A DNA stretch of 32,000 nucleotides from Marinicellulosiphila megalodicopiae. GTDB lineage: Bacteria; Pseudomonadota; Gammaproteobacteria; Pseudomonadales; Natronospirillaceae. The notes below the pieces were generated by a model. It had not been told where the DNA came from and did not search any database. It was given only the letters and a program-made list of their open reading frames with translations. The first letter of the stretch is position 1. Each line of letters opens with the position of its first letter. Shown in pieces: positions 8,336 through 15,843 of the stretch. The DNA is taken from NCBI RefSeq assembly GCF_045862395.1, contig NZ_AP023087.1:196744-228743 (forward strand), written 5' to 3'. The position numbers were made by a program, and so were the translations under genes.

Positions 8336-9289
8336 TCATTCAACTTGTAAAGTGGCGTATTGCTCTTTTAAAATATTTGCACTTTCCACAAGTTGTTGTT
8401 GTTCTTCAGTTGACAAATGAATATTAGGCATCAACTGCGCACCATCTTTTGACACTATACAGGGTAATGAAATACACACATCGTCTATTCCATGTTGTCC
8501 TGTAATTAATCGCGAAACAGTAAGTAGTGATTTTTTGTCTTTGATTATAGCGCTCACAATTTTTACTAGGGCCATACCAATTGCAAAATAGGTAGAGCCT
8601 TTAGCTTCGATAATTTTATAAGCAGAGCGTTGTACGTTTTCGGTGATGCTTGCTTTTTCGGCTTGTGTTAAAGGCTCGGTTAATGAATATTGATCAATAT
8701 CAATACAGCCAATACTTGCAATGGACCAGGCTGTAAATTCTGAATCACCGTGCTCACCAAGTACATAAGCATGAACGTTATGAATGTCTACTTTCATGCG
8801 ATCTGCTAAGTAATAACGTAATCGTGCTGAGTCTAAAACAGTACCTGACCCAAATACTCGGTTAGCAGGTAGGCCGGTTCGCTCTAATACCACTTTGGTT
8901 AAAATATCCACAGGATTTGAGACAACCAAAATAACGCCTTTTGGATCTTGGCTTTTTATGTCATCTGCAATGCTGCACATAATTTTTTGATTACGTTTTA
9001 ATAAGTTTAAACGGCTTTCGTCTGGGCGTTGTTTTGAGCCTGCGGTAATGACAATGACATCGGCATCGGCATAATCCTCAATGCCACCTGCACGCATTTT
9101 TGTGGTTGGCATAAAACAAAAGCCTTGAGCTAAATCTAATACCTGTCCTTCACTTAATGCTTGATTGCTGTCGACGATTACAATTTCTTCAAAATCGCCA
9201 GTTTGAGCTAATGCAAAAGCGAAGGTTGCGCCAACACTGCCTGCGCCGACGATGACGATTTTACGTTGTTGCCATGGATTGTGTGGCAT
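8336..9289 (-). CDS. ldh: L-lactate dehydrogenase
   Basis: Rossmann motif IVIVGAGSVGA. Substrate loop ITAGSKQRPDESRLNLL carries the LDH-type Gln. Also VSNPVDILT, DSARLRY and GEHGDSEF. SD GAGGA 8 nt upstream. Confidence 0.85.
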   Translation of the reverse strand: MPHNPWQQRKIVIVGAGSVGATFAFALAQTGDFEEIVIVDSNQALSEGQVLDLAQGFCFMPTTKMRAGGIEDYADADVIVITAGSKQRPDESRLNLLKRNQKIMCSIADDIKSQDPKGVILVVSNPVDILTKVVLERTGLPANRVFGSGTVLDSARLRYYLADRMKVDIHNVHAYVLGEHGDSEFTAWSIASIGCIDIDQYSLTEPLTQAEKASITENVQRSAYKIIEAKGSTYFAIGMALVKIVSAIIKDKKSLLTVSRLITGQHGIDDVCISLPCIVSKDGAQLMPNIHLSTEEQQQLVESANILKEQYATLQVE

Positions 9290-9349
9290 GGTTTTGTCCT
9301 CATAAATTAGTAATGTTGATTATTTTAGGCTTGTATTTTGGTTTGCACT

Positions 9350-9412
9350 ATACCAACAAGTGATAGGTTTTCATTGATTAATGTAGAGGTAATCAATGTA
9401 GGTTGTTGGTAT
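9350..9412 (+). promoter_or_regulatory. 63-nt nested inverted repeat in the ldh-mntP divergent region (mntP leader or operator)
   Basis: ATACCAACAA (9350-9359) pairs with TTGTTGGTAT (9403-9412). An inner CATTGATTA pairs with TAATCAATG. Ends 40 nt before the mntP ATG. Confidence 0.4.
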
Positions 9413-9452
9413 GATTTACGCGCAAAATTTAGTGATAATTAAGGTAGACAAA

Positions 9453-9992
9453 ATGTTTGAGATTTTAATATTGGCATTAGCGTTAAGCATGGATGCGTTT
9501 GCAGTTTCCATTGGATTAGGCTCTAAGCAGCATAAACCTCTAAAGGTTATGGCATTAATGGCCGCCACGTATTTTGGTATATTTCAAGGTGTTATGCCAT
9601 TACTTGGTTATTTAGGTGGTCGTGGTGTGTTTGGTTGGATCGAATCTTTTGCACCTTGGGTGGCTTGGTTTTTATTGATGTTAATTGGCGCAAAAATGAT
9701 TTATGAATCGTTTGCAGAAGGCATTGAAGAAGATTTATCTAATATTACCCACAAAGTGATGCTCACTTTAGCCATAGCAACAAGCATCGATGCCATGGCC
9801 GCTGGGTTCTCGCTGACATTAATGGCCATCAATCCGTTTTTGGCTTGTTTGATTATAGGTGTCATTACTTTTTTATTTAGTGCGCTAGGTGTGATTGTGG
9901 GTAAGGTAAGTGGTACTTGGCTTGAAAGTAAAGCGGAATTATTAGGTGGCGTGGTATTGATTTTAATTGGGTTTAAAATTTTATTATTTTAG
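9453..9992 (+). CDS. mntP: manganese efflux pump MntP
   Basis: ORF 9411..9992 trimmed to ATG 9453 ([23 protein letters not shown]...). Two internal repeats with SMDAFAVS and SIDAMAAG, about 180 aa, 6 TM pattern typical of MntP/DUF204. Confidence 0.8.
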   Translation: MFEILILALALSMDAFAVSIGLGSKQHKPLKVMALMAATYFGIFQGVMPLLGYLGGRGVFGWIESFAPWVAWFLLMLIGAKMIYESFAEGIEEDLSNITHKVMLTLAIATSIDAMAAGFSLTLMAINPFLACLIIGVITFLFSALGVIVGKVSGTWLESKAELLGGVVLILIGFKILLF

Positions 9993-10030
9993 CTGTTTAG
10001 ATTATTCAATTTTAAGAATAACCTAAACAG
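9993..10030. terminator. long hairpin between convergent mntP and SRPBCC genes (non-canonical terminator candidate)
   Basis: CTGTTTAGaTTATTC-aattttaa-GAATAAcCTAAACAG: 15-bp stem with one mismatch. No flanking U-tract on either strand. Confidence 0.4.
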
Positions 10031-10041
10031 TCTGAAGTAAT

Positions 10042-10983
10042 TTATTTGATAGGGAAACAAATATTAGTCATTAAATCTTTCGCTTCGGTATCTTTTGGGC
10101 TATTAACATAAACTTCATAAGGGTGTATTTTTTTAAATTGTTTAATTTTTTTATAGCGTAACATTCCCATTGCTGTGGCCCATGCATTACCAACAAATTT
10201 GTAATCCCCAGTGTGTTTAATAGCAAATGCTTGATGAGTAGCAATGGTGCCTTGCGTAAATTTTGGGTCACTAAATGCTATATATTCGTCAAAAGCTAAA
10301 GCACTTATAAAATGACAACGCCCTTTGGCTAAGTCGAATTTTTTATAAATAGCAATGACTTTGGAAGGCTGGGGAATGGATTTAGACTCGATCATTCCGT
10401 GCAATGTATCAAAATCTTCTGACATCACTTGGCCGATATCTTTCACATCACATTGTTTTTCAATACCAATATAATACATAGCGGGTACTTTGATATTTTC
10501 TTGTATCTCAATAGATGAATGCACTGTTTTGTTTTCAGCTAATTCTTTAAGCATAGTCAACCCACGAATATAATCGTTGCCGATCAGTGCGATCATCATG
10601 TTTTTCATCCAAAACATAAAAAATGGTAATGAGCTGTCCATTGCCCAAGTAATATGACACTGACCTTCTATTTGTTTGAAATCAAAGCTTGTTTTACTGC
10701 TGCTTTTCCAGGGTTTTAAGAATTCCAAATCATAATCTATGCGTTTATTTTCAACAATATTGGTGATGTGCATATTGCCAGATCCTATATGTGTGCCGGT
10801 CCAATGTTGAGCGTGCCCTACTTCATACGGAGGCAATTGCACAACAACAGGACAGGTAGGTTCTTGGCACAACCAAGGAGACCAAGTGCGCCAAGTATTA
10901 AAGTCGGACACAATTTTAAACACTTCGCTTACGGGTGCATCAATGACCATGGTGCGTTCTAGGGTTAACTTTACGTCAAACAT
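10042..10983 (-). CDS. SRPBCC-domain / GyrI-like small-molecule-binding fusion protein
   Basis: N-terminus ERTMVIDAPVSEVFKIVSDFNTWRTWSPW is START/SRPBCC-like. The C-terminal half (HTGDYKFVGNAWATAMGML....HPYEVYVNSPKDTEAKDLMTNICFPIK) has the GyrI-like/AraC effector-binding pattern. SD AGGAA upstream. Confidence 0.7.
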   Translation of the reverse strand: MFDVKLTLERTMVIDAPVSEVFKIVSDFNTWRTWSPWLCQEPTCPVVVQLPPYEVGHAQHWTGTHIGSGNMHITNIVENKRIDYDLEFLKPWKSSSKTSFDFKQIEGQCHITWAMDSSLPFFMFWMKNMMIALIGNDYIRGLTMLKELAENKTVHSSIEIQENIKVPAMYYIGIEKQCDVKDIGQVMSEDFDTLHGMIESKSIPQPSKVIAIYKKFDLAKGRCHFISALAFDEYIAFSDPKFTQGTIATHQAFAIKHTGDYKFVGNAWATAMGMLRYKKIKQFKKIHPYEVYVNSPKDTEAKDLMTNICFPIK

Positions 10984-11192
10984 ATTGGTTCCTGTCGTTT
11001 AATTATTGATCAAATTGAACTTGATTGTAGGAGAGTTCACCTAAAAATCCAATGGTTATTTTAAAAAAATAATCATAGAAAATAATAAAAATAAACCCAG
11101 TAAATCCTTATAAATTGACATTAACAAAACATCAATATTTTTAAGAGTTAAAATTAAGGTAAAATACTTGTCGATAAATCAAAATTATTCTT

Positions 11193-11228
11193 CCAAGGCT
11201 AAACCCAAGGCTAAACCCAAGGCTAAAC
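11193..11228. repeat. 12-bp tandem repeat CCAAGGCTAAAC x3
   Basis: Three perfect copies ending 1 nt before the ATG at 11230. Each copy carries an SD-like AAGG. Confidence 0.95.
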
Positions 11229-11229
11229 A

Positions 11230-11583
11230 ATGAGAGACAATTCACAAATTATTGCACGATTACGAGAACGCATCCCTAAATTTGAATGCGTTAAAGGGTG
11301 TCATGATTGTTGTGGTCCTGTTACTACGTCCTCTGAAGAAATGGCACGTTTGCCAGTAAAAACTGAGGCAGAGCACACAGCCGCTCTTAATGAATATAAC
11401 TGCGTACATCTTGGGCCAAATGGCTGCACAGTTTATGGTGAGCGTCCTTTAATTTGTCGATTGTTTGGAACCACAGAAAAAATGCCCTGCCCAAATGATC
11501 GTCGCCCAGAGGAAATGATTGATGAACAAACCGAAAAACAAATTCATCATTATATTGCAACTACACGACAGGTATTGGTTTGA
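11230..11583 (+). CDS. YkgJ-family cysteine-cluster protein (putative Zn/Fe-chelating domain)
   Basis: CVKGCHDCCGP (CxxxCxxCC) plus CVHLGPNGCTVYGERPLICRLFG match the UPF0153/YkgJ pattern. Confidence 0.7.
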   Translation: MRDNSQIIARLRERIPKFECVKGCHDCCGPVTTSSEEMARLPVKTEAEHTAALNEYNCVHLGPNGCTVYGERPLICRLFGTTEKMPCPNDRRPEEMIDEQTEKQIHHYIATTRQVLV

Positions 11584-11622
11584 GGTATTGGTTTGAGGTC
11601 TTGGTTTTAGATTTTGGTTTGA
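11571..11622. repeat. 13-bp tandem repeat GGTATTGGTTTGA x4 (last two degenerate)
   Basis: GGTATTGGTTTGA, GGTATTGGTTTGA, GGTCTTGGTTTTA, GATTTTGGTTTGA. The first copy contains the last codons and the stop of the YkgJ-like gene. Confidence 0.9.
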
Positions 11623-11691
11623 AATCAATTTAACACCCAATTAAGCATACAAATAATTACTTAATGTTTTATGATGATTCGCGATAACATA

Positions 11692-11755
11692 CTAACTGTT
11701 TCTGATACTAATTGTTTCTGATAATAATTGTTCAGGAAATAATTGTTCAACCTAC
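11692..11755. repeat. ~16-bp tandem repeat (A[A/C]TGTT[T/C]...) x4 upstream of the solute-binding-protein gene
   Basis: TGTT cores at 11697, 11713, 11729 and 11744 (spacing 16/16/15): aactgtttctgata / aattgtttctgata / aattgttcaggaaat / aattgttcaacc. Confidence 0.8.
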
Positions 11756-11775
11756 TTTAATTATTAAGGAATTGC

Positions 11776-13041
11776 ATGAAATCAATGTACTTTACTTTAT
11801 TTACTATTATTAACCTGTTTGCATCAAGCTGTTCTGATGATGCTAAGCATTCTCCCCCTGCAACCCCCACTACTACGTTAAGTGTCGGGGGGTTCAATAA
11901 CGCTCCAAATTATATAATGGACAACCAAGCGCGTATTGAAAATAGGCTCAACCTCAAACTAAATATTACTGATAATAATTGGAGTGTTCATCACACTGCG
12001 TTAAGTGCTAATTTATACGAGTCGCCTCAATTTCTGAATGACATTGAATTTATAGACGCAGGCATGCTGGCAGGCTATTTACATAATGAAAACTTAATGG
12101 ATTTAACCGATAAATTTGAGCCAATAAAAAATAACTTCCCGGATTTTTCTGTCGCTCATGGAATAAATGATGAATCAAAACAAATCGCTGTTCCATTTGA
12201 ATTAGGCCCTGGTGTTGCAATATATCGAAGAGCGTATATGGAAGACATCAATCAAAATTTAGCCGATGTCATGGCCACTTGGGAAAGTTGGTTAGAATAC
12301 GGAAGAATGTTAAAACAAGATCATAATGTCTATTTAATTGCAAATTCTGCTGGAGTTGCTCGTGCAATTATTTATTCAGATATCAAAGAAAATACAGGTG
12401 TATATTTTGGTGAGAATAATGAAATTTTAGTTGAAACCGATCGATTTAAAACGGCATTTCAAATTGCCAAAATCTTAACTGAAGAAGAGCTAGCAGAAAA
12501 TTTAGGTATGTGGAATTCAAATTGGTATGAAGGGTTTAATAATGCAAGCTTCGCAATGGAGTTTCAAGGAGCATGGTTGTTGCAAAGCTTGGCAGATTGG
12601 ATTGCCGAAGACACTGCTGGACAATGGGGTGTGAGTCATTTACCCAATGGAATTCATATGGCATGGGGCGGTACCTATTTAGCAATTTCAAATAACAGTA
12701 AAGAAAAAGACGCCGCATGGGAATTAGTGAACTACTTAATTGAATCTCAAAATCAACTGGATATTTATCAACAAATATTTACTTTTCCAGCAAACTTGCT
12801 TACTTATAGTGATGCGTATTTTGATCAAAGCAATCCATTTTTAAATCATCAAAAAGACAGAAAAATTTATGCTGAAGTAGCATTGAATATTAAACCTGCA
12901 AAATATCATAGATTAAATAATGTAGCCGAGACACAGGTAATGAATTATGCGCTCACTTCAGTATTAAATGGTAGCGCGACCATTGATGAAGCACTTGCTA
13001 CTGCTGCAAAAAATATTCAACTGAGACTTGATGAAAAGTAA
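11776..13041 (+). CDS. ABC-type extracellular solute-binding lipoprotein (family 1, sugar-type), orphan
   Basis: Lipoprotein signal MKSMYFTLFTIINLFASSC. The body shows family-1 SBP features (GGTYLAISNNSKEKDAAWELVNYL). SD AAGGA upstream. No permease or ATPase genes adjacent. Confidence 0.7.
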   Translation: MKSMYFTLFTIINLFASSCSDDAKHSPPATPTTTLSVGGFNNAPNYIMDNQARIENRLNLKLNITDNNWSVHHTALSANLYESPQFLNDIEFIDAGMLAGYLHNENLMDLTDKFEPIKNNFPDFSVAHGINDESKQIAVPFELGPGVAIYRRAYMEDINQNLADVMATWESWLEYGRMLKQDHNVYLIANSAGVARAIIYSDIKENTGVYFGENNEILVETDRFKTAFQIAKILTEEELAENLGMWNSNWYEGFNNASFAMEFQGAWLLQSLADWIAEDTAGQWGVSHLPNGIHMAWGGTYLAISNNSKEKDAAWELVNYLIESQNQLDIYQQIFTFPANLLTYSDAYFDQSNPFLNHQKDRKIYAEVALNIKPAKYHRLNNVAETQVMNYALTSVLNGSATIDEALATAAKNIQLRLDEK

Positions 13042-13044
13042 AAA

Positions 13045-13084
13045 AAGATTGAGATGCTAATTTACTTAGCATCTCAATCTTTTC
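13045..13084 (+). terminator. rho-independent terminator
   Basis: AAGATTGAGATGCTAA-tttac-TTAGCATCTCAATCTT (16-bp perfect stem) followed by a T-rich tail, starting 4 nt after the stop. Confidence 0.9.
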
Positions 13085-13254
13085 TATATTCTAAATCTAT
13101 TTAGTCAATATCATATCAAATCCTCTCAAATTGTAATCAAAAGCGATAAGCAACAACTTTTATTATTTCTAATCTGAGTTTAATTCAATGAATCACTTCG
13201 CCTAATTCAGCAAATCGGTTAAAATCTTAAAATTATTCAATAGAGAAGTAGATT

Positions 13255-13578
13255 ATGGGTTTTATTAAATTTTTCATCATTCTGTTATTTATCGCATTTG
13301 GGATTGGCGTACTGTCTAAACCTGATGAGCAATCTTTAAAAGATATGTATTATCAGAAAATCTTAAATGACGTGCAGCAAATTAACGAAGACGATAACCT
13401 GTTAAGTGGCGCATTAAAAGTTGCTTGTATTTTAACCAAAGATGATTGTGCACAAAGTATTGTGGATAATTTAAACATTCAAAGTACCGATTATTTCGCA
13501 ATGAAACTTGCTAAAGTTCAGATTCAAAGTAATGAAAATATTTGTTTAGGTGTGTTTAATACTTGGAAATGTTTTTAA
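13255..13578 (+). CDS. hypothetical N-terminally membrane-anchored small protein
   Basis: 107 aa. N-terminal hydrophobic helix FIKFFIILLFIAFGIGVL, then a soluble region with 4 Cys. No family recognised. Confidence 0.5.
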   Translation: MGFIKFFIILLFIAFGIGVLSKPDEQSLKDMYYQKILNDVQQINEDDNLLSGALKVACILTKDDCAQSIVDNLNIQSTDYFAMKLAKVQIQSNENICLGVFNTWKCF

Positions 13579-13740
13579 GTAATTAATATCATTGAGGCAG
13601 GCTCAATTTATAAAAATCTAAAATGTATATTTTAAAATCAGATTGAAAATTGTATGCTAAGTTTTTAGAATGCTTAGGGTTTTGACTTTGATACTTAATT
13701 TTTTATTTGCTTTATTTAAAATATTATATCTGTAACTGTA

Positions 13741-13780
13741 AAAAATCCTCGATTTTGGTCGAGGACTTTTTTAGTTTTTT
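13741..13780. terminator. bidirectional rho-independent terminator
   Basis: AAAAAA-TCCTCGA-ttttgg-TCGAGGA-CTTTTTTAGTTTTTT. A-run and T-run flank a 7-bp GC-containing stem. Confidence 0.75.
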
Positions 13781-13834
13781 GAATTGGGTTGGTTTAAATT
13801 GTTGACAGCCATAAATAATATAGGCTTTACCTGC

Positions 13835-14498
13835 TTAAAATTTATCATTAGTGTCATGTTTGTAAGTATCGGTTATAAAGTCAGGAATCCCATCATCTTT
13901 GATGCCATTCAAGCCAGAAATACTTTTCGAGAATTGGTCATTTTTTAATTTTCAATTAATGATAACGTTTTGCTCTGCAGTCATATCAAATATATCTAAC
14001 GAGCTATACCAACCGCTGGCTGAGCCAAAAGTAAAAAATACACGGCAAGCATTCTCAACTTTATCTATTTCAGATTCAGTTAAATCATCAATGCCATCCT
14101 CGTTAAACTCTTTAATTGCACTTAACTCAAAAACAGTGACATCTAACATTGTTTCACCGTTTAATATAAGTCCATTACTGCCTTCTAATAATTCGACATC
14201 AATTTTTTCTAAATCTTCTAGTCCAAATACAATATAAGCAGTACATGAGGTTAAATGACTTTCATTACCAAAACTGCATCATCTATTTCATTTACCCAGC
14301 CAGTATTCTTCCCATAAAAAATATCATTTAAAGAGCTACTTCGAAATGCAAAACCCTCATTTTCATCATGATGTCTTAACCTCTGCAAAGTAAGCAATTA
14401 ATAAACCCATTAATGTGCTAACCAGCGACTTTTCAATCAAAGGTGGGAAGTTTTGACTTAAATGTTACGCCAGTAGGCGAAAACACATAAGGTGCCAT
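13835..14498 (-). pseudogene. frameshifted remnant of an acidic protein of unknown function
   Basis: Manual minus-strand translation gives protein-like pieces in different frames. They are MAPYVFSPTGVTFKSKLPTFD*, IEKSLVSTLMGLLIAYFAEVKTS*, HHDENEGFAFRSSSLNDIFYGKNTGWVNEIDDAVLVMKVI*, FGNESHLTSCTAYIVFGLEDLEKIDVELLEGSNGLILNGETMLDVTVFELSAIKEFNEDGIDDLTESEIDKVENACRVFFTFGSASGWYSSLDIFDMTAEQNVIIN* and KNDQFSKSISGLNGIKDDGIPDFITDTYKHDTNDKF*. Only the 65-aa piece (13952..14149) is in the ORF track. The 5' limit is uncertain. Confidence 0.5.
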
Positions 14499-14502
14499 TT
14501 AA

Positions 14503-14700
14503 GAATTAAATTCCGAATTTTTACCAAATGGTTGGTTTGTTACTAGGGCATTTGAACGTTGTATAACCTTAAAATCAGAAGGGTTTGAAGGCATTGGAAT
14601 GCCGAGGGATATTTATAGTGAAAATTTTAGCAAAGAGCAATCTTTTGAAATATTACCCAACGCAATGAATTTCGCAATTGAAAACATCAATAAAAAATAG
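14503..14700 (+). pseudogene. start-less 3' gene fragment (65 codons)
   Basis: Open frame immediately after a TAA: ELNSEFLPNGWFVTRAFERCITLKSEGFEGIGMPRDIYSENFSKEQSFEILPNAMNFAIENINKK*. No ATG/GTG/TTG before the internal Met, so it is likely a truncated remnant. Confidence 0.4.
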
Positions 14701-14784
14701 TTTATGGTTGAAATTTCATGCAATTTTACTTCTTTGTTCTATTCTGTAATTAACTGAAATTTTTATTAGTACTTTGGAAAAACT

Positions 14785-15843
14785 ATGTTGCAAGTTGTAA
14801 AGCAATTATCAAATTGGATTGGCGTAGCGCTTATAATGAGTGTTTGCTTACAAATTCATGCTCAAACGCCACCTGCGCCAGTGAACATGGTGATCCATTC
14901 AGGTTTTGTGAATCTGATGAGTGATCCAAAAGCGCTTGTATTTACTGATCTATATGAGGTGCCACCTAGTATCAAGCGTGTGGCTTTATATAACAGCAAC
15001 GATAAACTATCTAAGGAGATCAGTAAGCAGACTCGAACCATGATCGAAGGACAAATTTTATCAGAATTGTTAAATACAAAACGATTTGAAATTACAGCCT
15101 GTGTTGAATGCGATCAAATTAATGTCATATTAAATGAAGAGCAAGTCAAAATTGAAAAAGCCATTGAGAGCAATCAACAATTAAGGAAACTTGCAAAAAT
15201 CATTGCCGTAGATGCATTTTTTGTATGGAGTGCTCAAGTGGTAAACCAGCAATATCGAATCGATATGCGGTTGATTCGCGCCACAGACAATCAAGTATTA
15301 TGGACGCACCAGTATGCAAAAAAAACCACAGAAGAAGACGTGATAAAAGATTTTAAATCCACTCAATGGGAAATGTATTTAAGTAGCATTGGTTTTAAAA
15401 TGGAACGCACCTCCAGTACATTAAGTACTTTAAAATCTGGGCAGATTTCTGTGTTTGGGTTGCGTCGTCGTGAAGCGTCTACTTTTTATCCACATTTAAA
15501 TTATGGGTTAGGTATTGAGGTGTTTGGCAACATTACCAAGCGCGAATCCATGCCATTTTTTGGTGGGTCCATTAATGGCCGACTTAGTTTAGATTTTCCC
15601 GCATTACAAAAGTATATTCCTACCAGTACTTATATTGAAGTAGGGCAGAGTATATACAATCAAAGCCAAGCTTTAATTTTTAAATACGGACTTGAATTTC
15701 CGTTTGCTAAAAATGGAATCATTAATTTAGGTGTCTTATATTCTCCTGAAAATACAATCATTTGGGATGCGTTTGAAGACTATTCAACTGAAACCGTATT
15801 TGGTGGAGCAACTTATGAAATTATGCTGGGGTATCGACTTTGA
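14785..15843 (+). CDS. outer-membrane protein: signal peptide + periplasmic alpha/beta domain + C-terminal ~8-strand beta-barrel (first gene of the rotor-stator operon)
   Basis: Signal peptide ..WIGVALIMSVCLQIHA/QT. The C-terminal ~160 aa show eight amphipathic strands (LNYGLGIEVFG, FFGGSINGRLSLDF, TSTYIEVGQSIY, ALIFKYGLEFPF, GIINLGVLYSP, GGATYEIMLGYRL) ending in an OMP-like Y-x-L terminus. The N-domain pattern ..LAKIIAVDAFFVWSAQVVNQQYRIDMRLIRATDNQVLW resembles CsgG/LpoB/FlgO-type periplasmic domains (weak, by eye). Confidence 0.6.
   Translation: MLQVVKQLSNWIGVALIMSVCLQIHAQTPPAPVNMVIHSGFVNLMSDPKALVFTDLYEVPPSIKRVALYNSNDKLSKEISKQTRTMIEGQILSELLNTKRFEITACVECDQINVILNEEQVKIEKAIESNQQLRKLAKIIAVDAFFVWSAQVVNQQYRIDMRLIRATDNQVLWTHQYAKKTTEEDVIKDFKSTQWEMYLSSIGFKMERTSSTLSTLKSGQISVFGLRRREASTFYPHLNYGLGIEVFGNITKRESMPFFGGSINGRLSLDFPALQKYIPTSTYIEVGQSIYNQSQALIFKYGLEFPFAKNGIINLGVLYSPENTIIWDAFEDYSTETVFGGATYEIMLGYRL

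Noticed and set aside
9290-9452. Canonical yybP-ykoY manganese riboswitch upstream of mntP
   Set aside because: I could not find the conserved GGGGAGUAG and UUGACAUA/AGCAAGACC-type segments by eye. Only a simple nested palindrome is present. This needs cmscan to be certain.
13899-14237. 112-aa plus-strand ORF (Ser-rich, MMPFKPEILFENWSFF...)
   Set aside because: Its low-complexity Ser/Asn/Ile composition looks like an antisense artefact. The minus strand gives far more protein-like, though frameshifted, sequence.
14764-14800. Sigma-54-type promoter TTGGAAAAACTATGTTGCA at the start of the operon
   Set aside because: The GG-to-GC spacing is 2 nt longer than the TGGCAC-N5-TTGCA consensus, and the motif overlaps the start codon.
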